DNA of 36,078 nucleotides from a virus: UHGV virus genome UHGV-2168191; one strand, 5' to 3'. Shown piece by piece: positions 27,637 to 36,078 of this stretch (position 1 is its first letter; each line of letters starts with the position of its first letter). The notes under the pieces were generated by a model. It saw only the letters and a program-made list of their open reading frames with translations, ran no database searches and was not told where the DNA came from. The position numbers and the translations under genes were made by a program.

Positions 27637-28057
27637 TTTCGCTCACCTCATAGCTGACGCTGTCCAGCATGTTTTTGGTATCAATCAGCGGATTATCAAA
27701 TCCCTTTCTTGCGATGGTAACTGGTGAAAGTGGCGGAGAATCAAGGGAGCGAATCGACTGCTGTATATCAGCGGCGATAATAGTTCCCAGCATTGAAAAT
27801 ACTTCTTCAATGTCATCGCCACGCTCAATTAGCAAAGCAGTCTGCTCTTTCCACTCTTCTTCATGCTCTGCGATTGCATTTCTAAAAAAAGGTCGAGGAG
27901 GCTGATTATGAGCCGGATTCCCAAACTCGTTGGTAGCGGCAACCATGGGGACCGGGATTACACCGCCGTAAGTAGCCCCCTCAAGGAAGCCAACCTTTAG
28001 CTGAATGTTGGAAAATTGCTTTTCAACCTCATCCAGCGCATCCATCACCTTATCCAT
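27611..28057 (-). CDS. head-tail connector / head completion protein
   Basis: 148 aa, coupled to its neighbours in the neck cluster. Confidence 0.4.
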   Translation of the reverse strand: MDKVMDALDEVEKQFSNIQLKVGFLEGATYGGVIPVPMVAATNEFGNPAHNQPPRPFFRNAIAEHEEEWKEQTALLIERGDDIEEVFSMLGTIIAADIQQSIRSLDSPPLSPVTIARKGFDNPLIDTKNMLDSVSYEVSEIESQTDSQ

Positions 28058-28488
28058 CAGTACCTCCGGTAATACCCATTCGGGTAATTTGATGGAGAAT
28101 GCCCGCTTATATACTGGAAGGTGCGAAACGGCGCCGTAGCATTCCAGTAATCAGCCCCGTACTTTGTTTGCATGTACCATGCTGAATTTGCTGTTCCCCC
28201 TGGCATATCGGCATGAACGCTAACCGAACCCTCTGAAGCACTGTCGATTCTTCCAACCAATCCGGATGGAGACTGCCCATTCGCTCCTGAATACAAACAG
28301 ACGATATGGGCAACCAGCATATTCAGCAGCATCGAGCGTACAGCCAAATCCGACACACGACCTGAGTCTGTGTTATCGAGATAAATGGTTGCTTGCGTGA
28401 AATACTGCTGAAGAAGTGCGTCGTCGACAGATGAGAATTCAGGATAGCGTAGCTTAAATGCGGAGGGGTCAAATATTACGACGCCCAT
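28057..28488 (-). CDS. head-tail connector protein
   Basis: 143 aa in the neck cluster. Confidence 0.4.
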   Translation of the reverse strand: MGVVIFDPSAFKLRYPEFSSVDDALLQQYFTQATIYLDNTDSGRVSDLAVRSMLLNMLVAHIVCLYSGANGQSPSGLVGRIDSASEGSVSVHADMPGGTANSAWYMQTKYGADYWNATAPFRTFQYISGHSPSNYPNGYYRRY

Positions 28489-28500
28489 TTGCTGCTCCCG

Positions 28501-28848
28501 CTATTTTTCGTCAGCCTTTTTTACGCCCGGAGCCGGATTTTCCGGGTCAAGGCCTTCGAGGCCAGTTTTTGATTCTTTCAGATCTTTACCCTGCGCATTC
28601 AGACTGCGAATATCTTTCTGAATGAAGATTGCATTGTTCTGAATATACGCGGCATCCTTATAGGTCTCGATGAACTTATCCATGAAGTCTTTCTCGACCA
28701 TGGTAACTCCGAAAGCCCCCTCAGGAATTGCACCATCAAGACCACGGAGGGCGGTTGTTGCCGCCCCGTTCAGGATTACTGTTTTGCCATCCAGAGTTAC
28801 CTGAAGGCCATTTGGCAATTTGCAGCCAACGCTTACCATTTCTGCCAT
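28501..28848 (-). CDS. hypothetical head protein
   Basis: 115 aa immediately downstream of the major capsid gene. Confidence 0.35.
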   Translation of the reverse strand: MAEMVSVGCKLPNGLQVTLDGKTVILNGAATTALRGLDGAIPEGAFGVTMVEKDFMDKFIETYKDAAYIQNNAIFIQKDIRSLNAQGKDLKESKTGLEGLDPENPAPGVKKADEK

Positions 28849-28851
28849 GAA

Positions 28852-29892
28852 TTAAACTCCCAACATGCTTGCAAATGCCAGCGGCTGGCGAATGATTGCG
28901 CCCCAGGTGCCACCGGTTTTCTTTTGTTTGTACGCGGACAGGTCAACAACAACCGGATGCGCACGCATTTTTTCGGTAAATGCGCAGTAGCCGGTGTCCT
29001 GACCATCCAAATCGTCGGCGATCAACTGAACCAGTTCGCCGGATTCGGTTTTGTACTCAACAGCAGTAACAACGCGCAGGTTCGGGAAGTTTTTCTTCAG
29101 CTGATCAGACACGTTGACGTTGTACATGTTGGTCTTGGTCAGATTTGCTTCTGACTCTGGACTCATCGCCAGCGTCATCTTGCTGTCTCGCTCAACGTAC
29201 CCCTTGGTCTGCTTCACTAACTGCATGTAAAGAGCCTGGATATCGTCATACACCGCCTGACCGTCTTTAGTTGCCCAAGTAGTTCCACTGCCAGTACCCG
29301 TTGCGCCCGGGGTGATTGATGCCGGAAGGTTAGGGTCATTCAGAATGCCGTAGTTCTTCAGACCAGCAACGCCGAAGAAGTAGGACTTGTTCTGAAACTT
29401 ATTCAGGGTCAGCGCAGAAGCAGTATTCAGTTGTTGAGCCCATGCAATGCGGCCTTCACCGTAACGATCAAGCTCCAGTTCACCCCACTGAGTAATGGTC
29501 TGGTACAGATAGGACTCACGAGCAACCCAGTTGACGTTAGCGTTTACCTGCCCATTATTGTTGTAGTCACCATAACTGGAAACCTGACCTGTTGATTCCA
29601 CAACCGGGAATTGTGCGGTCATGGTGGTCCAGTCTCCCTTCTTCGTTTCCCCCAGAATTTCCACCGCTTTCATCGGAGTGACAAGGATGCGAATCAGTTC
29701 CGGGTCAACGTAATTAGTGAAGTACCATGGAATGCCAGAGTTACTGGTTGTTACCAGTGAAGGCTGAGAATCCATTGCATAGGAATAGCTATTAGCAACA
29801 GCATCCGTCAGATAGGCTTTGGCTTCCGGAAGGATTACACCGTAATCTCGCTCAGCCATAGCTTTATGTTGTAAAAATTCTGCGTTATTCAT
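28852..29892 (-). CDS. major capsid protein
   Basis: 346 aa downstream of the protease/scaffold and decoration-like genes; size and position typical of HK97-fold capsid proteins in PBSX/Mu-like head modules. Confidence 0.6.
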   Translation of the reverse strand: MNNAEFLQHKAMAERDYGVILPEAKAYLTDAVANSYSYAMDSQPSLVTTSNSGIPWYFTNYVDPELIRILVTPMKAVEILGETKKGDWTTMTAQFPVVESTGQVSSYGDYNNNGQVNANVNWVARESYLYQTITQWGELELDRYGEGRIAWAQQLNTASALTLNKFQNKSYFFGVAGLKNYGILNDPNLPASITPGATGTGSGTTWATKDGQAVYDDIQALYMQLVKQTKGYVERDSKMTLAMSPESEANLTKTNMYNVNVSDQLKKNFPNLRVVTAVEYKTESGELVQLIADDLDGQDTGYCAFTEKMRAHPVVVDLSAYKQKKTGGTWGAIIRQPLAFASMLGV

Positions 29893-29895
29893 GTA

Positions 29896-30375
29896 TTAGC
29901 TCCAGGTGCCCATCTGAATCAACTCGCCAGCCTCGCCAGCACTGCCAACAACAAATTTTGTTTCAACGTAATCCGAGATTGACGCCCCGGCATCGCCGGC
30001 GGTAATAGTTCCATCTGACAGTTTGGCGAAAATCTTCTGCCCTACGGTTGCCGCACCGGCCGTTTTCACCCAGTAGTCACCAGCAGTCATCAATGTCATC
30101 TGAACTCCAGGCTGAATAGTCATAGATGACTCACCAAGCCATGTGGTGACAGACGCCTGCCCTTCCCGATGAACGAAACCGGCAGGAGCACCGGTTCCAG
30201 TGTTATTGACAACACCATTGCTTACCCATGCAAAGCGACCAACAACAACCCCATTTGCACCGGCAACAAGAGCTCCCTCACCTGCAAGAAGACTTGCTTT
30301 AGGGTTAGCCGAAGCGAAATCGCCCTCAACTCCCGGCGCCTGTTGCTGATTAATTACACTTTGAAAGCCACTCAT
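29896..30375 (-). CDS. putative head decoration / cement protein
   Basis: 159-aa Gly/Ala-rich protein between the scaffold/protease and capsid genes. Confidence 0.4.
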   Translation of the reverse strand: MSGFQSVINQQQAPGVEGDFASANPKASLLAGEGALVAGANGVVVGRFAWVSNGVVNNTGTGAPAGFVHREGQASVTTWLGESSMTIQPGVQMTLMTAGDYWVKTAGAATVGQKIFAKLSDGTITAGDAGASISDYVETKFVVGSAGEAGELIQMGTWS

Positions 30376-30378
30376 TTC

Positions 30379-31605
30379 TTAGCTCCGTTTCAGTTTAGTT
30401 GCGCCAGGAAATGCCTTGGCGAAAGAATTGGTTGCGGCAGCATCCATACCCATACCATGAGATGGTTTGCGAACTACCGCTTTCTGGCTGATAGCAAATT
30501 CAACCATCGATTTAAGTGCTGAAGGATGAACGCCTTTATGTTCAGCACCAATTGAATCAAGAGCAAAGCGATAAATAGACTCTGCGGAATCCATAGCTAC
30601 CAGACTCACATCACCAACCAAAGCGCGAACGCATTCTCGAGCCTCATTGGCTTGACGGATACGCCCCATCACATTCTCTTCAGCTTTTCGAATTAATGCG
30701 GCATCCATAGCTGCTTTATTCTCATCATCGTCTTCATCCTCGGCAGTCTTTTTATCCTTGCCGTCATCATCTTCGTCTTCCGCTTCTTTGCGGTCACGAT
30801 CGCGATCCTTTCGCTCACGTTCTTCACGCTCTTTTAGTTCATCCTCTTCACGTTTCAGACGCTCTGCTTCTGACTCATTATCTCTCTCAGCCTGAGTGGC
30901 TTCGTCTTCAACAACCTTTTGCACTTTCTTTTCCACTTCTTCTGGCTTCTCATCACTGGCCAGCATCGGCGTGATAACTGCCATCAACTTTTTAGTAAGT
31001 TCTGACATTGATTTCATTCCTGTTGGTATTGAATCCCCGACAACAACGTCGGATCCGGCTCTTCCCTCTGTTACGAGAGCAACGTGGTTCCCGACGATAT
31101 CGCGCATTACACCATCGTATGGCTGGCCTTCATGCACGCCGGGGGTCATGTCAGCTACATATCTGTAGGCCGACGAAAGTTCTTTCTTCTCGTCTGTCTC
31201 GATTCCAGCGATAGAATCTGCGTCCCAGACGACAAGCGAGTTCTTGAGATAAGTCCCGTCAAACTCAGCATCAGTACCAGTAGAACCAACCACAGCCATC
31301 TTCTGAGGGTCTGAAGCAGTAACCGGAATGTGTTCGTTAAGGAGCGGGATGTTGTTGAATGTAGATGCTGCTTTGGCTAACTCTTTCGGGTCGCGAAGCA
31401 GGTAGTAAACTTTGTCAGGCTGTAAACCTAGCGATCTGTAATTAGGAATTTCACGTCCATAATAAGGGCAAACGTTAGCCTTACTGATTGGCGTCACTTC
31501 GATATGCAAACGCCCATCCTTATCAAAGGAGCGCACCGTTGCCTTGTCGAATGCCAATCCGTGATATCCCCATTGCCAGTCGCCTTTAACTTTGCGTAAT
31601 GGCAT
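30379..31605 (-). CDS. prohead protease / scaffold protein (DUF2213-like)
   Basis: 408 aa; N-terminal domain followed by a highly charged coiled low-complexity segment ([28 protein letters not shown]) typical of scaffolding regions. Confidence 0.5.
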   Translation of the reverse strand: MPLRKVKGDWQWGYHGLAFDKATVRSFDKDGRLHIEVTPISKANVCPYYGREIPNYRSLGLQPDKVYYLLRDPKELAKAASTFNNIPLLNEHIPVTASDPQKMAVVGSTGTDAEFDGTYLKNSLVVWDADSIAGIETDEKKELSSAYRYVADMTPGVHEGQPYDGVMRDIVGNHVALVTEGRAGSDVVVGDSIPTGMKSMSELTKKLMAVITPMLASDEKPEEVEKKVQKVVEDEATQAERDNESEAERLKREEDELKEREERERKDRDRDRKEAEDEDDDGKDKKTAEDEDDDENKAAMDAALIRKAEENVMGRIRQANEARECVRALVGDVSLVAMDSAESIYRFALDSIGAEHKGVHPSALKSMVEFAISQKAVVRKPSHGMGMDAAATNSFAKAFPGATKLKRS

Positions 31606-31625
31606 GCATTTACCTTTCGGCAGGC

Positions 31626-31648
31626 AATAAAAAAGCCGCAGTAGCGGC
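31626..31648 (-). terminator. putative intrinsic terminator/attenuator inside the head operon
   Basis: Minus strand gccgc-tact-gcggc followed by TTTTTTATT, about 20 nt before the protease/scaffold ribosome-binding site. Confidence 0.35.
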
Positions 31649-31650
31649 CA

Positions 31651-31743
31651 TTATTTCCTCTTGGACATAGCTATTTTCAGTAGTGCAATCATTAAGCAAC
31701 CAAAAATTAACACTAAGCCCAGAGACCATAAAACCTCAATCAT
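31651..31743 (-). CDS. possible 30-aa hydrophobic peptide (not in the ORF track)
   Basis: Manual translation [33 protein letters not shown] overlaps the Mu-F-like gene stop (ATGA); one predicted transmembrane helix with a basic C-terminus; followed by the hairpin above. Confidence 0.25.
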   Translation of the reverse strand: MIEVLWSLGLVLIFGCLMIALLKIAMSKRK

Positions 31744-32558
31744 TTTCTATCTACCCCAGGGATAACAGGAGACCACGTACAACGGCAGTTGATAGCCTCT
31801 CCAGGCAGCACCCATTCACCATCGAGATACAGCCCTTTATCGAGGTCGAACTCTTTACCGTCAGCTTTCACATGGGACGGCCTTGGCTGCTTCCCGGCGT
31901 GTGAGTGACGCCAGATTCCTTTGGTGATGCCTAACTTCTTCTGCCGTTCAGACTGAATTACCGCTGTAGCTTTGTTGTTCTGGTCGCGTGCAATCGTCTC
32001 AGCGCGTCTGCGAGTAATGCCATATCGCTTAACCAGTTCATCAGTGAGATAGCCAAGGTCACGACCACGGCTGACAGACTGCATGACTATCGTCTCAACC
32101 TGTGTGTGATAGTGTTCAGGTATGGATTTAATCAGGTTGACGTTCTCGTTAACGACAGCCTGCATCACGTTCTTAAGCTCGTCATTCATTGTGAACTTAA
32201 CGGTAAATCCGCCAGCCTTTAACGCTGAGTGTAACGAAACGTCGGTGTTGCGCAGTGTCTTATCAACGAAGCGATCAGCCAGTTTCTTAGCCAGTTCATT
32301 GAATTTATGCTCCCACTGCATGCCTAGTCTGGATAATCTGCGCCTTAACTCATTCGCAGGACTGGAATCCATCGCCATGTTGTTTTTGTATGCGCCCTCA
32401 AGCCAGTATCGGTATGACTTATCCATCTCCCTAACCAGTTTAAGAAGCTCAGAGCGATACCACTCATGAACTCCGGCGTTAGCTCTGACTGGACGAAGTG
32501 TTTTCCGGGTCTTCGAATCCTTCTTCGATGGACTCGTTTTCGTACTCTTCTTCGTCAT
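31740..32558 (-). CDS. head morphogenesis protein (Mu gpF / SPP1 gp7 family)
   Basis: 272 aa downstream of the portal gene; C-terminal ...[12 protein letters not shown]... resembles the conserved C-terminal Cys motif of Mu F-like proteins. Confidence 0.6.
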   Translation of the reverse strand: MTKKSTKTSPSKKDSKTRKTLRPVRANAGVHEWYRSELLKLVREMDKSYRYWLEGAYKNNMAMDSSPANELRRRLSRLGMQWEHKFNELAKKLADRFVDKTLRNTDVSLHSALKAGGFTVKFTMNDELKNVMQAVVNENVNLIKSIPEHYHTQVETIVMQSVSRGRDLGYLTDELVKRYGITRRRAETIARDQNNKATAVIQSERQKKLGITKGIWRHSHAGKQPRPSHVKADGKEFDLDKGLYLDGEWVLPGEAINCRCTWSPVIPGVDRK

Positions 32559-34014
32559 ATTCAGATTCCATCATGTGGTATGGGCTGGCCTTATCCGACT
32601 GGCGCATGCTTCTTATTGCATCAAGATCGAACACGCCAGCTTCGGCATAGTTCTTATCAGCCTCAGACTGATGTTTCATGATCTCGGCTTTCTCTGCTTC
32701 TGTAAGCTCGTACAGCGGCAGGAATTCAAAATCAATGTCAGGGTCAATATCGCCAAATTCATTCAACTGGATAACATCCAGCACCGTTTTCAGCGGCACC
32801 CTGAACAGATTCTCCTGCATGGCGTGTATTGAGTCATAGAAGACGCGGATTTCGCCATCAGATGAAGCGTTTAGCCCGTTAGGAGTGATGCCAAGGAGCT
32901 TAACCAGAGGAATGCTTGATACCGATGCCATTTGTTCCTGCGCTTGCGCCTGAAGAGCATCAACTCCGGACAGACTTGTCACAAACTGGAAGAATTCTTC
33001 TCCATCCTTATCAATAAGGAACATTCCGCGATTGTCGCGAACCTTATTGAATAGCTCGGCACGCATAAACAGGTTTGGGTCTGCAATTCCAGACAAGGCA
33101 TTCTGCATGTTCGTCTTCAGCCCATGGACCACAAACGAATGAACCAGATCGCTAACGCTGTCACGTGTTCTCAACCAGTTCTGCACGTATGGCTCTGCCA
33201 TCTGACTCAGCGACAAGCCGCCGAAGTTGTACGCCGCTTTGAGAATGTCTGGCACCTGGCGAGAAATCATTGTCAACATACGGCTGGCGTGAACAGTACG
33301 CCCCATGACATACCATTCAGATGGATTGAAGAAATCAGGACTGAGAGGGTTATCAGCGTTATACACACCAGGGTATGTCCACATGGCCTCGATAACGCGG
33401 AAACCATTCAGGCTTCCTTTGGTAATCTTGCGTGGGCTGATATAGAGCTTCTTATCCAGTTCGTCGGGAACCAGCCAGGCTGAGTTACCGCTTGGCGTCT
33501 TCACGTCGATATAAATCTGTCCGCGCCCGAAGTAACCGTCATGTTCCGCCGCCTCGCGAAACTTCTCTCGCACTCTGAAACGCTTTAATGCGTCGTCAAG
33601 CTGGCGAATCTTATCGGCCTTGTCGTCACCATCGTCTTTACCTACATGCTTCAGCTCAATCCATTTTCGCGTCATCTCTTCTGCTATCGTGCCAGTAATC
33701 TTGCGATACTCCGGCAACTGAGCAAGTTGAGACAGATATGGGTAGCCGGGAAATCCACCGTAGCCATATGCGGTGATGTTTGCTGAGTTAAGGTAACTGT
33801 ACGGCGTGGAGTCCATCGCCAGAGCTGACTCCCCAATATGTTCAGGAATAACGCCTGGCGGGGGTACGTATCGCTCAATTCTACGCAATGCCTCGCCTTC
33901 ATTTTTAATTCGCTCCTGCTCGTTAATAATCGCAAGAACATTCGCCAGAGACATTGGCTGTTTCGCCTCTTCTTTCTGAGGCTCAGATTTTTTCTTTCTC
34001 AAAAAATTAAACAC
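32479..34014 (-). CDS. portal protein
   Basis: 511 aa immediately downstream of the large terminase gene; acidic C-terminal tail. Confidence 0.65.
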   Translation of the reverse strand: MFNFLRKKKSEPQKEEAKQPMSLANVLAIINEQERIKNEGEALRRIERYVPPPGVIPEHIGESALAMDSTPYSYLNSANITAYGYGGFPGYPYLSQLAQLPEYRKITGTIAEEMTRKWIELKHVGKDDGDDKADKIRQLDDALKRFRVREKFREAAEHDGYFGRGQIYIDVKTPSGNSAWLVPDELDKKLYISPRKITKGSLNGFRVIEAMWTYPGVYNADNPLSPDFFNPSEWYVMGRTVHASRMLTMISRQVPDILKAAYNFGGLSLSQMAEPYVQNWLRTRDSVSDLVHSFVVHGLKTNMQNALSGIADPNLFMRAELFNKVRDNRGMFLIDKDGEEFFQFVTSLSGVDALQAQAQEQMASVSSIPLVKLLGITPNGLNASSDGEIRVFYDSIHAMQENLFRVPLKTVLDVIQLNEFGDIDPDIDFEFLPLYELTEAEKAEIMKHQSEADKNYAEAGVFDLDAIRSMRQSDKASPYHMMESEYDEEEYENESIEEGFEDPENTSSSQS

Positions 34015-35540
34015 TATGCGAGCCTCAAAAGGTCTTCAGATATACGTAACGGACCATTGCCATTTTTCATCTCATCGATGGCATCCATCATCGGATCAAG
34101 CTGGTCGTCGTGCGTATTGAAATCAGGATTAATAGCTTCCATCTCAACGAGGAAGTCGTTGATGAATGGTGCGCTGCTGGGCAACTTGATGTAACCGGAC
34201 TCGATATAACCCTGTACATCCATCAGTCGCGTGTACTTATCCTTATCGCGCTGAATTGCTTTGATGGGGCATATCGCTTTTTTACGGATGTTCTGTATCA
34301 GGCCTGTGCCAGATGACTTGTCCTCTATCGCCATGTGGCGAAGCGGCCCATTCTTCAGAGTTTTGCACTTTTCCCAGAATGCAACAGCACGGCGTTGTAA
34401 TTCATCGGCCTCCCATTTACCGCGAATCATATCTATCAGATAGATGTACCCGTCAGTACCAAGCCCCCAGTGCTCGAATACTGAGAAGTCGTTGACCTCT
34501 TTTGTTTTCTGTGCGGTGTCTCCATAGACGGCACGCCATTGCATGGGAGGGAGTACCAGATATTCACCAAACCATTCAGACTTAATAAGCCCCCCGCCTT
34601 TGGCGGTTGGTCTTTGCTGATAAAGAGCATTCCATACAAGGGAACCGCGCTGTTTGCATTTCTCTACGAACTCTCTCGGCATGCGCTCAGGGAACAGAAT
34701 TTCACCGGGATTGCGCAGTCGATATACGTTACCGTTGAGTTCATGGATCTCCTCCTTTTCAGCTTCCATTGGGAAGCTAACTACGCGCCATCGTTCCCCA
34801 CCCTCTTCAGCTAGTTTTAATAACTGTCCGGCGAGATCGTTTTGATGCCAGCGTGTCAGAATGATGACGATGCCGTTTATCTTCGGGTCAACACGCGTGA
34901 AGAATGTCGTGTCGTACCAGTCCATCACCGCTTCCTGGTAAGTTGGAGACGATGCGGTTTTGTAATCTTTCGCGGGGTCATCAATAACCCCAATATTCAT
35001 ACCCTGACCTGTGATACCACCGTTAACGCCAGCAGAACGATATGAGCCGCCGTGTAGTTCGCCTTTGGCATCAACTGGTTCCCATAGCTCGGTTTTGTTG
35101 ATGCCTCCCGCCAAACTACGTCCTGAAGGTATTTTCACGTCAGGGAAAACATCAGCGTACTTGTCAGAGGTGATAATGCGTTTAACGTCACGGCTCATTC
35201 GGTCTGACAGGTCAGAAGAATATGAGCACGAGATAATGTTCCATGATGGATGCTGTCCTAACACATACGCCGGGAAGCGGCGAGAGCACAACTCACTCTT
35301 TCCTGAGCGCGGAGGGGCAAACACCATTAGCCTGGGCATGTTTCCGGCTTTAACTTCATCCAGAAAGTGATCTAGCTCAGCACAAAGCAGCTCGTTAAAC
35401 CAACCTGTTTCGTATTGCGGATTAGTGTACAAAGTGAAATCGAGAAGGTTTTTTCTTGCTGAGCGGATAGCCAGCTCTTTGTGCAACTCATAAATCTGAG
35501 CGTTTCGATTCAAGCTGATTGGAGCGCCTGCCATTACCAA
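34014..35540 (-). CDS. terminase large subunit
   Basis: 508 aa; Walker A-like P-loop ([11 protein letters not shown]) near the N-terminus and acidic nuclease-like C-terminal half; follows the small subunit gene. Confidence 0.85.
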   Translation of the reverse strand: MVMAGAPISLNRNAQIYELHKELAIRSARKNLLDFTLYTNPQYETGWFNELLCAELDHFLDEVKAGNMPRLMVFAPPRSGKSELCSRRFPAYVLGQHPSWNIISCSYSSDLSDRMSRDVKRIITSDKYADVFPDVKIPSGRSLAGGINKTELWEPVDAKGELHGGSYRSAGVNGGITGQGMNIGVIDDPAKDYKTASSPTYQEAVMDWYDTTFFTRVDPKINGIVIILTRWHQNDLAGQLLKLAEEGGERWRVVSFPMEAEKEEIHELNGNVYRLRNPGEILFPERMPREFVEKCKQRGSLVWNALYQQRPTAKGGGLIKSEWFGEYLVLPPMQWRAVYGDTAQKTKEVNDFSVFEHWGLGTDGYIYLIDMIRGKWEADELQRRAVAFWEKCKTLKNGPLRHMAIEDKSSGTGLIQNIRKKAICPIKAIQRDKDKYTRLMDVQGYIESGYIKLPSSAPFINDFLVEMEAINPDFNTHDDQLDPMMDAIDEMKNGNGPLRISEDLLRLA

Positions 35541-36078
35541 GCTCCTTCAGTTTCTCTTCAAGTAACTCTTCTGACATATCGGCATAACGAACAGGGCCAC
35601 CATCAGCGCCAGTTATTTCTGTAGATGTTTGCTCTTTAAATGCCTGAACAGAAACATGCTTACCAAGAAGTTCGAGGTTTTTGACCTTATCAGGCCATTT
35701 GATTTTCTTCAGAAGTGCGGCGCTATCTGCGGATACCATCTCCACGACATCCATTCCTGATAGCGTTGTGCGCCATACCTTAGGCCAGTCTTTAATGGGT
35801 TTTAGCTCACCGTCTTGCAGGAGAATGTCAAGCACATCCATCTGGTCGATTTCAACCAATCTACGAAGAACATAGGCTGCATCTATGCCCGTCTGTTCAA
35901 CGCGGGCGGTTTTAAGTTCAGCAACGAATTTTTGAACATTAACATTTGCTAATAATCGAGATGCCTGCTCATTGGCGGTCTTCTCGCTGTAGCCCGCCCT
36001 GATAGCTGCCTGTGTTCCATTCAGATCTTTCAGGTACTCACGGGCAAACAGCTCTTGTTTGTCGGTGAGCTTTGCCAT
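35488..36078 (-). CDS. terminase small subunit
   Basis: 196 aa; N-terminus MAKLTDKQELFAREYLKDLNGTQAAIRAGYS is the classic small-terminase helix-turn-helix; the ATG is the last three bases of the window. Confidence 0.7.
   Translation of the reverse strand: MAKLTDKQELFAREYLKDLNGTQAAIRAGYSEKTANEQASRLLANVNVQKFVAELKTARVEQTGIDAAYVLRRLVEIDQMDVLDILLQDGELKPIKDWPKVWRTTLSGMDVVEMVSADSAALLKKIKWPDKVKNLELLGKHVSVQAFKEQTSTEITGADGGPVRYADMSEELLEEKLKELGNGRRSNQLESKRSDL

Larger units (their letters stand above)
2776..36078. mobile_element. composite prophage (P2-like right arm fused to a second myovirus module); continues beyond the right edge
   Basis: Uninterrupted run of phage late, structural and immunity genes; left boundary must lie between the ybjL stop (2620) and the ogr stop (2856); no integrase or opposite att copy in the window. 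Confidence 0.9.

Noticed and set aside
1..36078. CRISPR arrays, IS elements or integrase genes
   Set aside because: No regularly spaced direct repeats, no transposase-like ORF with terminal inverted repeats, and no tyrosine-integrase-like ORF in any frame; the only recombinase is the serine invertase at 10145-10717.

Overview
The first ~2.6 kb is E. coli-type chromosomal backbone (grxA, ybjM, ybjL); everything from ~2.8 kb to the right edge is prophage DNA, almost entirely on the minus strand and continuing beyond the window. The prophage is mosaic. (i) 2.86-10.1 kb is a GC-rich P2-like right arm in canonical P2 order (FI sheath, FII tube, E/E+E' with a TTTTTTG -1 frameshift site, T tape measure, U, D, ogr), ending next to ybjL. 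(ii) 10.1-13.1 kb is a Gin/Pin-type DNA invertase with a ~2 kb invertible tail-fibre segment bounded by 26-bp inverted gix-like sites. (iii) 13.1-18.1 kb and 22.4-36.1 kb are an AT-richer myovirus morphogenesis module (terminase small and large subunits, portal, Mu-F-like head protein, protease/scaffold, major capsid, connectors, a second sheath/tube/tape-measure set, baseplate). (iv) 18.1-22.4 kb is an accessory island inserted between that tape measure and the baseplate genes: a P22 immI-like arc-ant / mnt module, a second antirepressor-like gene, a P63C-like protein behind a triple operator-like repeat, and a small secreted protein. The island, especially the P63C-like gene with its operator array and the divergent secreted-protein gene, is my best candidate for an uncharacterised accessory (exclusion/defence or regulatory) system; I cannot assign it a function from sequence alone. 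All homology calls are from reading the translations against remembered families; no database search was run. No rRNA, tRNA, CRISPR array, IS element or integrase was seen.
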